From assembly GCF_009914755.1 (NCBI RefSeq), contig NC_060935.1: 64,000 nucleotides of DNA. One strand, given 5' to 3'. The DNA comes from the human T2T-CHM13v2.0 reference genome, Homo sapiens. Of this stretch, positions 1 to 12,850 are shown piece after piece. Position 1 is the stretch's first letter. Every line of letters begins with the position of its first letter. Both the position numbers and the translations under genes were made by a program. The notes below the pieces were generated by a model. That model saw only the letters and a program-made list of their open reading frames with translations, had not been told where the DNA came from and did no database searches.

Positions 1-19
1 TTGGTAAGCAGAGACAGAA

Positions 20-235
20 AGTATAATAGCTTAACGAGTTGGAATAAGATGGAATTTGGCTCCACATCTTACAGCTGTGCAAATATGGCACATTTTACAA
101 ATGCTCTGCCTCAGGTTTTTATCTGTATGTTGAAGACAAAAATAATGTGTAGTTCCCAGGATCACGGTGAGGATCAACCAACACAGGTAATGCACAAAGC
201 TCTTGTACCTGGTACTTCATTAGCGTCAATAAGGC
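20..235 (+). mobile_element. MIR SINE (degenerate)
   Basis: MIR core-like tacagctgtg…gcctcaggtttttatctgt…gtgaggat. Confidence 0.55.
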
Positions 236-1771
236 ACCAGCCAGTGTGTACCTCACCTGTACTATGATTGCTAGATATGAAAACAACATTTATGAATCCC
301 TTTGTTAGTTGTGGCTTTAAAGCCCTGTGTGGCTTTTTTAAAAACACATTTTAATTTTAGCCTTCTAAATATACACCTAGAGTAAGTTTTGTAATAGCAT
401 TTTCATGTTACAGTATTCCTTTTAGAGTCCATTATAGTCTTTCTGTATTAATGTTTAAAGTTAATGCAGAAAATGAAAATAAATCATCATATATAAGCTA
501 AAATATAGTGCTTTTGATGCTCTTCCCTTGGACTGCTAAATTCAATTTAAATTTTTTCGCTGAAGAAAATTTGCCTAATTTGCTAACATGTTATAGCTTG
601 TTATTATCAAGACGTATACTATAAAATACTTTTCAGAGTCTCTAAATTTAAAAAGCTTAAATAATTTTGAGATTGAAATGCTACTGGCTAAGTCTTTTTT
701 AAAAGTCCATCAGCTAGTATATAGATGAGCAGCTTTTGAAAGTTTAACATTTTGATGTGTTTTTCTTTTTCAACGTAATCAGTTAGCTTTAATTTAGTAA
801 AAGTGAAAAAAATAAGGTTAGCATCATTGTTTTTCGAAACTCTGTAGGACTAAAGGTTAAATTTCTATCCTGTTTAAAATCTAAGGGCATTCATTCTTTA
901 AAAATTTAACAACAAAACTTTTAAGTAAAAATAAAATCTGTAATGGTCCTTGGATAAATCTAAAGTTCAGGGTATTGTTATTGAAAATTAGAAATTTGTG
1001 ATAGAACTTAGTGAACAGAGTTTTGTAAAAGTAAGAAAACTGCATCCTATGTGTTTGGTAGAAATCAATCATGTAGCTTCTGCTGGGCTTTATCAGCTTG
1101 CTGGTGACAGTACTTTCTCTATTACAATTGAGCTGTAAAGATAAGCTGGCTATTGTCAATGCCTCTGTTCCTTTACCAGGAAAGTGTACCTCAGGCCTCT
1201 TCATCTGAATTCCATCCTCTTGAATGCTTACAAATCCATCTTTTCAGGAATTCCAATGACGCTTTTCAGTGCTGAGGCGATGGATGGCCACGGCTTTGTT
1301 TTATTAATCAGTGCACGTAATTGTCCATTCATTCATTTGTGCTTCTGTCCTCCCATTTTAAAAGTAGTCTTTTCCAGGCCAGCATTGACTGGCCACTTTC
1401 CATTCTTGGCTCTCTTTTTATCTTCAAGTTTCTCATTATTTATTTGATTCGATTTGTATATGCTTTCGTTTTCATGCCATGAACTCCTTTGCACATCTAT
1501 GCATTAGACTTAAAGCAATCTGTAGTCATTTTGAAGGTATCCTTTAAGATGTTTATCTCTAAGTTTCCTCCAGGCAGGGAATTGCAAAGACTACAGATTT
1601 AACTCACAGGCCTGACACTTTTACAGTGTGAAAATTGATGCCTTGACTTTGCCCTACTTTTCTAATCTTCTTAGAAGTTTAGATGGCCAAATATGAAGGA
1701 TGGAACTATATAACATTTTGATTTCTTATAGTGCCTTATGGTGCTTTGTGTTTGGGAAGTATTTATTTTTA

Positions 1772-2079
<308 letters not shown>

Positions 2080-2535
2080 GTCATAAAGATACAATTCACA
2101 TACCATACAGACAACTCATTTAAACTATACAATTCAATGGAACTTTAGTATATTCACAGATCTGTGCAACGATCACCACAAAAAAATTTAAAGCATTTTC
2201 ATCACCTTAAAAATAAACATCACATCCTTTAGGTATCATTCCCAGTATACCCCACAACCATTAATACTGAAACACCACTAATTATTTTCTGTCTCTATTA
2301 ATTTGCCTACTCTGGGCCTTTCATACAAATGAAATTGTGTAATACGTGGCCCCTTTGGTGATTGACTTCTTTTACTCAGATGCGGTTTTCGAGGTTCATC
2401 CATCTGAAAGCATGCATCAATACTTCATTTCCCTTTAGGGCCAAATAACATTTTATTGTATGGATAGACCACATTTTGCTTATCCAAATATTAGTTGATA
2501 GGTACCTTTTCACTATTATGAATAATGTTATAAAC

Positions 2536-2866
2536 CAGCGGTCCCCAACCTTTTTGGCACCAGAGACCAGTTTTATGGAAGACAATTTTTCCATGAAAAA
2601 ATTGGTGAGGAGGGAAGGGTTTCAGGATGAACCTGTTCCACCTCAGATCATCAGGCATTAGTTAGATTCTCATAAGGAGCAGGCAACCTAGATCCCTCGC
2701 AGGCACAGTTCACAATAGGCCTCACTCTCCTATGAGAATCTAATGCCAGCACTGATCTGATAGGAGGCAGAGCTCACCCAGGTCTCACCTCCTGCCATGC
2801 AGTTGGGTTCCTAACCGGCCACAAATGACCTTTACTGGTCTGCAGCCCAGGGATTGGGGACCCCTA
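2536..2866 (+). mobile_element. MER1B (hAT-Charlie MITE)
   Basis: Terminal inverted repeats cagcggtccccaacc / ggattggggacccct; perfect 8-bp TSD ttataaac (2528-2535 / 2867-2874). Confidence 0.9.
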
Positions 2867-4389
2867 TTATAAACGTTCATGTACAAATTTTTGTGTAGAT
2901 ACATGTTTTTCTCTCTCTTGAGGAATTACTGAGTCATGTGGTAACTGTATGTTTCACCATCTGAGGAACTACCAAAATATCTGCACCCCTTGACACTCCC
3001 ACCAGTGATATATGAGGGATACAGTTTCTCCATGTCCCTCACACACACTTGCTATTATCTCACTTTTTGAGTCTAGCTATCCTAGAGAGCTGAACTTAGA
3101 TTTCACTGTGGTTTTGATTTCGATTTCTCTGATGACTAATAAGAATCTTTCAAATGCTTTTTGACCATTCATATATTTTCTTTCAAGAAATGCCTATTCA
3201 ATTTCTTTGCCTATTTTTAAACTAGGTTATTTGTCTTTTTATTATTTAATTATGAGTTGTTTATATATTCTGCATACAAGCCCCTTATGGGATAAATGAT
3301 TTTTGTAAATATATTCTCCCATTCTGTGAGTTTTCTTTCAATTTTCATGACAGTGTACATGAAGCACGAGTTTTTAATTTTGAATATTTGTTCCTTTTCT
3401 GTCTTGTAATGGGGTTATTTTAAAAGATTATTTATCTGTTAAGTATGGTATCAGTTTTTCCAACTGGTTGGGTTATTGGAGCGACAAGTAATTTGGTTCT
3501 ATACCCTTGGGAATAATAAAGTGCTATATGAGATTTCGTCAGTGATAAAAGGAACTTTCTTAGTATTCAAACCTATTCCGTCTATCTAGAAGTTTGTAGT
3601 TGTTATTACGGTTACTGTTATTATTTTAAAGGTCAAATTTACTTTAGGGTAAACTGAAACCATAGTTTTTCCCTCACATCCCAGCCATTCAGGCAGATTC
3701 ACCAAAGAAAATGATATGTGGGAAGTGCAATTCTTAAAGCTTTTCAGGCTGTCCTGTTCAGTTCCTTTCATTTCACATCTTGGAATTTTGTAGAGGATGA
3801 AATGAACAAGTATATGTTCAAACCGATAAAAACGTTTAACTTTGCTGCCATCTAGAGGCAGGTATTTCATAATGCAATCTTCAATAAACCCAAATGCTGC
3901 TTCCAAAGATGTGGAATAAAAAGGAAAAGGTGTATGATTTTTTTGTATATAATTCTTATGTGCCTTCCATAGGATTGTACATTTCCTAGTGGGTGCTCAG
4001 CATGCGTTGTGAGATTAAAAGGTATTTGTCTGCTACTAAGTGAATCTGAATTCTGCTAGAAGCTGCCAATGGGTTTATTTTCCTCTTGACTGAAGTTGGC
4101 TGCATATAAAATGCTGAGGATATAGAATAATATGAATAAGATGAAGGTACCAGGATCTTATTTTTTAGAACATGATTAAGAATTTAAAAGCAGAGTTTAG
4201 TGGGAAATATTGGTTTACCAAAATCTGTGTCAAAATACGTCCGTAAGAGTTTTGGTTAGGACGACCCACATGTGGTTCAGTGAATCTGCAAGCATGAAGT
4301 GGCCCTTCACATGAGGGAGTGTCTCACAGGTAGTTCCATGAAGCGCACCCAGCATCTTCTCCAGATGTCTAATCTTTTGAAATAGAATA

Positions 4390-4735
4390 CACATTGACAT
4401 TCCTTATCCAAAATGCTTAGGACTAGAAGTGTTTCCGATTTTTTTCATATTTTGGGATATTTGCGTAGACATAATGAGATACCTTGGGAATTGGATCCAA
4501 GTCTAAACATGAAAGTCATTATGTTTCCTATACACCTCATACACATAGCTTGAAGATAATTTTATTTTATACAATATTCTTAATAATTTTGTGCATGAAG
4601 CACAGTTTGTATATATTGAACCACCAGAAAGCAAAAGTATCAGGTGCGGAATTTTTTCACTTGTGGTATCGTGACAGTGCTCTAAAAATTTTGCATTTTG
4701 GAGTGCTTTGGATTTCATGTTTTCAGATTAGTATT
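4390..4735 (+). mobile_element. Tigger4b/MER46-like DNA transposon
   Basis: ccttatccaaaatgcttaggactagaagtgttt…ggatttcatgttttcagattag matches recalled Tigger4. Confidence 0.8.
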
Positions 4736-6632
4736 AGTACTTTAGGACTGGAGCATCAAGCCATGGCATAGCAATTTGAATGTACTGGAAACTTATGTGG
4801 CTGAAGAATCATAATTGACCATTTGTTAGAAGTTTTAGCAATGTTCTAGGTGTAGTTCTGAATGGTTTACTTCATGCTTCTGAAAATATCAGTGTGCTTT
4901 GTCTTTTTTCCATGTTCTAGAAACCAAGAATATTAGAAAAGTTGGATCTCAGGGGATTCGTTGTTTTATAGAAAGATTTATCACAGATATTCTTAAAATC
5001 TTCTTTACAAGTTTAATTAACTTTTATACTGATGATGATTTCAAAGTAGCACCTGCTTTGTATAGCATCCAGTTTGTAATGAGACAGTTTAATTGTGGAT
5101 TAATTATAAATGGTAAAACATGAAACAATACTTCCTTAGCAACTTCATAATCTGTTAGTTGGATGTTCAGAAGACTACTGTTTTATATATTTCAAAAATG
5201 TTTTCTTTTCTCTCTGAAAGGCTCTAAATCTAAACATGCAAACCTTTATTAAAGGTATTTTTGATCTAATTTAAGCTGCAGTTTTGTTTGTGCCATAGTA
5301 TATGCATTCAGGTAGACTATATATTTTATTGGATAATTTGACAAATATAGCATCATTTTAAGATAATCTTGAATATTTAGGTTTGATAATAAGTATTAGT
5401 TGATGTAAAACTGACAGTGTAAAATAATTATAAAAGGGCAAATGCTACATTTTGGTACAATATCAGGACTGTTTGAACAAGAGAAGAAAGGTCCTTAAAA
5501 TATAACAACAAAAATGGTTTGAAAATGTTTTCTGAAATGAATATGACTTTGTATTAACTTGACTTGTTTGTAGGAAGAAAAGCATGAGGTCATTGTTTTC
5601 AGATAGAACCAGTGTTTATCTGTTGGAAATCATAGCACATGTAACCAGTTGATGCTTAGCTGAATCCTCCCTACCTACCCAGACAGAGAAGGTGGCTGCG
5701 TGTTATTTACATGAGAAAATGGTTTCAAATTGTGTTTCTTCCTTAATTTAAAATAATAAGTTACAGATACATTATGAGTGACTTTTCAAAAATGTTTTCT
5801 AACTTTATTGCAGGAAGAGGTTGTGGGAAAGATTAGGTTAGGAGACAAGTCTGTGAAATAAAATCCCTGTGAATGAAATGAAAATGCTTAAATTTTTTTT
5901 CCAATATAACGTTCCATATAACCTGTGTCCTGTAATTCCATGGAGAGCCTGTCTTAATTTATGGATAAAAACATAAATACACATATGAATTTGAGATTAG
6001 AAGGTTAAGATCATAGAAATTATGACTTTGTAAAGATTTCACTTTCTCTGAAATGAAAAACCTGTGTTATCTAGTTCAATGATTTTGCTCACCACTTCCC
6101 TGTTTTATGTTCTTTCCATTCCTTTGCTAAAATGTTGTCTATTCAATACTCAAATCAGTACTGCCACCTTGTGATACTTTTTCTTAATTTCATCTGGCCA
6201 AATTCTCATTCCTTCCCTTGGGTACTTCTTATCTGTGATTTACTGGTTTGGTCTTCCTTACGTTGCACATCTTTTATCCCCTTGTTTTGATTAGAAGTTC
6301 TTCCAGGGTGGGATCTATGCTATTATACTTTAGTCGTTATCTTAGTGGTCTCTTCTGGATATTTCTTCAATGCATTTGAATAGCAGAATAGTTAACATGA
6401 CAAATGTCCTTGATCAGCCTCAAAAGTTAAATTACTGTCTACCAAAAAGGAAATAAAAATCCTTTTGTGGTTTCTGTTTTATAATCGTAAATCTATTGCC
6501 TGCCTTGCCAAAGCCATTGAAAATGTATTAGTTTGAGGAATTATAATGAAATATAATTTTCTCCCTATTTTATATCATTAAATGATCATTAAAACACATT
6601 TTCATGGTTTCTTTATCTCTTTATCTTTGCAG

Positions 6633-6737
6633 CTTTTGTCATTTCTTCAGGGCTTATTTACTTTTTACCATGAGGGATATGAACTTGCCCAGGAATTTGC
6701 ACCGTATAAGCAACAGCTGCAGTTCAACTTGCAGAAT
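6633..6737 (+). CDS. ARHGAP42: ARHGAP42 exon ~7 (105 nt, phase 0-0), BAR domain: [35 protein letters not shown]
   Basis: Acceptor tttgcag|CTT and donor AAT|gtaaga; GRAF-family BAR sequence. Confidence 0.96.
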
Positions 6738-6974
6738 GTAAGAGTATACCTGTTCTTACTGTCTCTCAGCAAATCTGCAAATCTGATTTCACAGGGCAAC
6801 TAATTACAATTTTTTTCTAGCTGCTAGTGGAAAGTACAACCCACAAAACCCTAATCTTAGTTAGAAAAATTTATACTAGCAAATTTTATAAAAATAAATA
6901 TTACCCAGTTGGAGACACCTGAAAGTTTATTAACTTTTGCCTTCATCCAGTGTTCTTGTTAATTTACTGGGTGA

Positions 6975-7235
6975 TGCAGGATGAGTAAGTTTGGAGAGCT
7001 AATTTGCAGTATGGTGGCTCTAGGTAATAACACTGTATTGAATACTTGAAATTTATTGAGAGTTTAGGTCTTAAATGTTCTCAGCATACACAGATGGTAA
7101 CTGTGGTGATTGATATATTAATTAACTTGATTGTGGTAATTTCATAATGTATACATGTATTAAAACATAACATTGTACATGTTAACTATACAATTTTTAT
7201 TTGTCAATTATACCTCAAGAAAACTAGAAAAGAAA
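6975..7235 (+). mobile_element. L1MA9/10-like 3' end
   Basis: aataacactgtattgaatacttgaaattt…tttttatttgtcaattatacctcaa followed by an A-rich tail. Confidence 0.75.
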
Positions 7236-7248
7236 ATACTGGAAATAA

Positions 7249-7563
<315 letters not shown>

Positions 7564-7751
7564 TGAGAAGTCTCTTTTTTAAGACAGCAAAATTTCTTTA
7601 TTTGTGAAATGAAGGATTGTACTTTAATAACAAAGATCTCATCTTTCTCTGAAATTGAATATAAAATATGTGCTGTTTATTATTTTCAAATAACAGGTTT
7701 GAATGTGGTTTCGAGGCATTCAAAATAACTGCTTTAAAACATAAGTGAGAG

Positions 7752-7896
7752 ATCCTTTTGTAGTTCATGGGCATGATGTTTGGGTGTTCACGCATGTGTG
7801 TGAGACATGCCACCCTCTGAACCTTGTTACAATCTCAGCATATTACCCGTCTAACCTGAAAAAAAAATAAGAAAAAATAAATACAAAATAAAAAAA
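7752..7896 (+). pseudogene. U13 (SNORD13) snoRNA retrocopy with A-rich tail
   Basis: ATCCTTTTGTAGTTCATG…GAACCTTGTTAC…ATTACCCGTCTAACC matches recalled U13 end to end. A-rich tail at 7859-7896; short flanking repeat aagtgaga (7743-7750 / 7904-7911). Confidence 0.92.
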
Positions 7897-9133
7897 TTTT
7901 TAAAAGTGAGAATTATTTCCATACAGGCCACCTATTTCTATCAGAATTTATTTTGTAAAGTTGTCTAATGAATCCTTTTAGTCTCTGATTGCATAGCTAT
8001 ACAAATTCTGATGTTCAAATGCTGAGCAACACTTGCATTGAAATAAAAACACACCCAAAAGTTGAGCCAACCTATTTCACATTATCAAACCTGACAAATA
8101 ATGATGTCTTAATTGTTGAGGTTTTACTATAACTGAAACCCTGACTGCCAAGTACTATATAGCCCAAATCATTTGGAAAACCTTCACTTAATTTTCTACA
8201 AAGTGTATGTTTTTCTGCTTATCTGGTTCTTGCTGTTGTGGAAATGTCCAGTAAATAAAACTACAGAGTTAGAATGTCCCATAAGAAATATGTAAGGGGA
8301 TTTATTCCCTTGTGTTTTGAGTTTTAGCTTTTATTTGACTTAGATTTTCTAGCAGAATCAATTTCACCTTTAATTCATTCTATTGTTTTTCCATATGGAA
8401 TGTATTTAGGCTTTTACAGTTACTATTAAAAGCGAAAATTATAAAAGCTGACGTATTTTTATGATTTACTTCCACATTAAATAAAATTACATTAAGATTC
8501 CTAGGATTCAGGAACAGGAGAGAAGTAAGGAATTGGAGAAAAAAAAATTAGACCCTTATGTTTGAAAGACAAAAATAGTGAAAGTGACAAGAAAATTTTC
8601 CTAATTTTGAGATTTTTTTTTTTTAAAATGGGGAATAAACTCCTTAGATTTAGGTGGTAGTGATTATTGTATCTTCAGAAACATATTTGTGAGGTAATGC
8701 AAAAGAGGTATTCATAGAGAAAAGTCTGATTCTTCCTATAGCTTAAATAAACTTGATTTAAAGTGAGTAATCTATTTCTTGCAACAGAAGAAGTTAGAAC
8801 TTGGAAACCTATTGATTTTTATGAGTTAATTTATACACTCACCTCTTAATAATACCTTTGCTAGTAAACCAAGCTACGTGATGTTTCTTCAAAAATAGCC
8901 TTTGGAACTGTGGTAACAAACTTCTTTTCTTGACTTGTTCTATGCCACATGTATCAAAAGTATATGAATTTATTTTGTTTTTTTCCCTCAAAAGAAACTA
9001 AGTCCCTATGTATCTGTTTTTTACCTTAGGTATTTAGGGAATTCAAATTTTATGTAGTGCATCCTATATTTTTTTAATTGCCATAGTTTACCCCCTAAGT
9101 AATAATGTTAGAGTGTGAAAATAGGAAGAAGGT

Positions 9134-9137
9134 CACA

Positions 9138-9177
<40 letters not shown>
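9134..9177. repeat. Compound (CA)n(GA)n microsatellite
   Basis: Read directly from the sequence. Confidence 0.97.
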
Positions 9178-9337
9178 TTCAAAGAGAAACATGCAGAAGG
9201 TCATTCAGACAAGTTTTCGCTAAATCAGTTCAACTCAGACCTTGGGACCCAACATCACAAAGACATAGATGTGGTGAATACTGCCAAAAGAATCAAGGTC
9301 ATCTTTGTGCAATTTGCAGTTTTGAAACATTTTTCTG

Positions 9338-9613
9338 GGCCGGTCAGGTGGCTCACACCTGTAATCCCAGCACTTTGGGAGGTGAACAAATTGCTTGAGC
9401 CCGGGAATTTGAGACCAGCCTGGGAAACATGTGAGACCCCATCTCTACAAAAAATTAGCCAGTGTGGTGGTGTGTGCCTACAGTCCCAGCTGCTTGTGGG
9501 GACTGAGGCAGGAGGATCACTTGTGCCCTGGAGGTCAAGGCTGCAGTGAGCCATAATTGCACCTGGTTGACAGAGTGATACTCTGTCTCAAAAATAAATA
9601 AAAGCAAAACAAA
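9338..9613 (+). mobile_element. AluJ with small internal deletions
   Basis: gtggctcacacctgtaatcccagcactttgggagg…ctctgtctcaaaataaa; ends about 70 nt before exon 8. Confidence 0.93.
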
Positions 9614-9683
9614 ATATTAGTCTGGATGTTGCTGAAACTTGGTAGAAAATAATGACTGAAATTATTGTTTCTGTTTACTTAAG

Positions 9684-9813
9684 ACAAGGAATAATTTTGA
9701 AAGTACTCGACAAGAGGTAGAGCGGTTGATGCAAAGGATGAAATCTGCTAACCAGGACTACAGACCACCCAGCCAGTGGACGATGGAAGGCTATCTGTAT
9801 GTCCAGGAGAAAC
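9684..9813 (+). CDS. ARHGAP42: ARHGAP42 exon ~8 (130 nt), BAR end/PH start: [43 protein letters not shown]
   Basis: Acceptor cttaag|ACA and donor AAC|gtgagt; EGYLY motif at the PH start. Confidence 0.96.
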
Positions 9814-10880
9814 GTGAGTCACAAAGACATAATTTCACGTCTCTTATGACTTAGCCACGATCATGAGATGTGACTTGGTCAGTAGTATTTCCTTCAAGTA
9901 GGAGGACTGAAATTTCTTATAGCTTTATATCTACTTTCCCCCCACCACAACCAAAGTGAGGACGTTTTTCCGCATTTTGCCATCAGGATATCTAAGTTGG
10001 CATATTGTTGAACTTGGGACTTACAGTCTTCACTCATACCATAACATGCGTTCAGTTTTAGCATTTAATTGTGATACTTAATCTCAACTTAAAGTTTCAT
10101 GGAAAATTGCAAGCCAAAGCCTTTACTGACATGAATCATCCTGGTGACTGTGATAATAGTTTTACCCTCTGGCAGCATTATTTTATTTAATTTTGTGCCC
10201 TGTCAGTTTTCAGGCATATAATTGGTAATCATGGTAATGTCAAATTGGCGCTCTTTACTTCCTGAGGTTCGGAAATAAGTACCAAAGCCAATAGAGCACT
10301 ATTATAATTGCCTCACACTAAGGACATTTTTCTCACAAAAATATTAAAAAGCCATTCGGACTTGTATAACTGGAGTTTTTTGTGCATGTTACTTGTCATT
10401 AAGTGGAATTAGTTGGACTATTTTGACTACATTCACGCTTTCAAACCGGATATGCCCTAAGGCATCATTCTCGTGCTGTTTTTGGTGAAGAAACAGTTGT
10501 GTGTGAGTTTCCAGCCCATCGTGGACCAATGTGAAAGGCTTTTGATATACTGTATGTGCAACATGATTAAGTGATGCTCATTTGTTGGAGAGCAGGACAC
10601 ACACAAATTTGATTTGATCCAGCAGACTCTGCAAACATTTATTACTGCATGGACTTGATGATAGAGGAACACTGGCTCAAGAGATCTGGGTTTTAGAATG
10701 TTTCTCTCTCATAACTACCTACCTTGGCCAGTCTACTGTTTTCATATCTAAACATGATAAAACTAGTGATCTGCCTGGGTACTCTATAGTTAGCGCATAA
10801 TAAGTAGCTTTTACCCTCCCCCCAGTTCATGAAAAATTACCAATCCCTTGGCTTGTCAGTAGGGTATATAGATTTCACTT

Positions 10881-10960
10881 AGGACTCTAAGGAAATTTTT
10901 ATTTTTTTTTTATTGTTATGTTTTTTACACAAGCCTGGAAAGGACTCTAAGGAAATTTTT
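10881..10960 (-). mobile_element. 40-bp poly-A-tailed insert between 20-bp direct repeats (putative ultra-short retroinsertion)
   Basis: aggactctaaggaaattttt occurs at 10881-10900 and 10941-10960; the insert is a T-rich tail plus about 14 unique nt. Confidence 0.7.
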
Positions 10961-11639
10961 GAGTATTTAAATGATTTTGTACAGGTTTGAGAGCCTTCAT
11001 GTGACAGTACATTGAGAGGAGCTCACATTTTCTACCAATAAAATATTTGTCCAACTGGAAGAATTTGTTGCCAGTGAGGGCAGTAAACGTGAAAGTGGTA
11101 GAGGAGGTACCATCCTTGGATTTTTTATTCATTATGGTCTGATTATGTTTTATTTCTTGAATACTTTTCTAGGTGTTACACACTTGCTGAAATCTTTGTG
11201 GGCACACAATATTTTATTCTAAACAGGAAAGATTTAGATTAGCTTGCAATATTATTTTGTACATAATCTTCAAATATATCATATTCGGTCCTACTTGGTA
11301 GTGAGTGCACCCACTGGTTGGAACCATGGTTTGCCTACCTATTGTCAAGCTGTTGGACATTTGGGTCAGTCTATAAGCATAGGCCCTTCAATAATTTGGG
11401 GGTTACATGGATGGACTAAGCGCAGTGTTTTATGCGCTTACCTGATGATGGTATCTTTTGTTCTAAGATGCTTAACTTCTCTGGGTCATTCTAGACTGAT
11501 GATAAAGCCCTTTGTGGTACTGACCTCTTCTCTGATTTTTTTTTTTTTTAATCTCTCTTAATGGCACCCCTCACTCTCCTAGGCTACATAAGTCAAGGCA
11601 ATCCATCCTTAGTACCAGTGTTTCTCTGTAGCCTTGGGA

Positions 11640-11850
11640 CAAACCTGTCTATTCTGTCTTCTTGATATCCTTTGATTCCATACCTTCTCTCCATCTCAAC
11701 TGCCTTCGCCCAGGTGAGACCCTTGCAGTGACCTCCTAACTGTTCACCCTTTACCTCCAGGCTTGCCCATCATCTAATGCGTCTTCTACAGTGCTTCCCG
11801 CAGATCCTTCTAAAATGCTTCTTTGGTTGTGTCCTTGTTTTGATGGACCC
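11640..11850 (+). mobile_element. L2 fragment
   Basis: ctctccatctcaactgcc…acctcctaactg…gatccttctaaaatgc is L2-like. Confidence 0.6.
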
Positions 11851-11970
11851 TTAGCAGTGTCTGAATTGGAGGGTCTCACAGTTCATTTCTCCTTATTAGC
11901 ACTCTCTTTGTTGATATTTTTCCTCCCCCAAGACAATTTCCATCTTGATTTGATCTGTATCTGCTGCATT

Positions 11971-12190
11971 ATTTTTATAGCTTTATTGGGTCTAATTGGC
12001 ATAAATTAACTGCACCTGCTTAAAACATACAGTTTGATAAATTTTGCCACATTCATTCACCTGTGAAGCCATCACCACACTACAACATAATGAACATATT
12101 TATCACCTTCAGAAGTTCTTTCTTGCCTCATTATAATCCCTTCCTCCTGTCTGTTCCCACCTATCATCTTCTCCTATTCCCTTTGCCAAG
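11971..12190 (-). mobile_element. L1MB-like 3' end
   Basis: tatagctttattg…tgtgaagccatcaccaca…tatcaccttcagaagtt. Confidence 0.7.
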
Positions 12191-12639
12191 GGATATAAAG
12201 AAAAAGGAATATATTTATATGCTTTTGGAATTATTTTATATGAGGAGCAAATATCCAAAGCCCCTTCTAACTTGGGATCTTTGAAAGCGTTTACAATTAA
12301 AACAATCTAACCAGTTTACTAAGATGTATCGATTGTGCACTTGCTATCACTGGGTGGATAAGTTCTGTGGGGGACAAAAATGAGATAAATATTTGGCTTC
12401 AAGATTTTTATTCTGTAGTTGAAAATGTAAGACACACTTACACAATTAGCAGCCAGTGATCAATATCAAATAAATAAATATCAAAGCCATAAATTGTGTG
12501 ATAAATGGAGATGGATGTGATGGGGTAGGCTTAGCTCATTGTTTGGACACAGAGTTCCACTCTACCTGAGCATGTGGTGTTTATGTTATCCACCTCGAGG
12601 CATGCATTAAATCACATTCTGCTAGACTTCAGTGTAACC

Positions 12640-12850
12640 GGAAGCGCCAGGGGTTCCAGAGTTAGAGCTATATTGGGATTCCATGCCTGTGCTGACCTGT
12701 GACTTGTGCCAATAGTTTTCTGAGCTCAGTCTTGCTTCATTTATAAAAGAGAGGGATTTAAACCCATGTCATAATGATATTGCAAGAATTAGAGATGTCA
12801 TATGTAAAATGTCTCTATTCTCGGTAGTGTCAATAAGAATAATACTATGC
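12640..12850 (+). mobile_element. MIR
   Basis: ctgtgacttg…ctgagctcagtcttgcttcatttataaaa MIR core. Confidence 0.55.
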
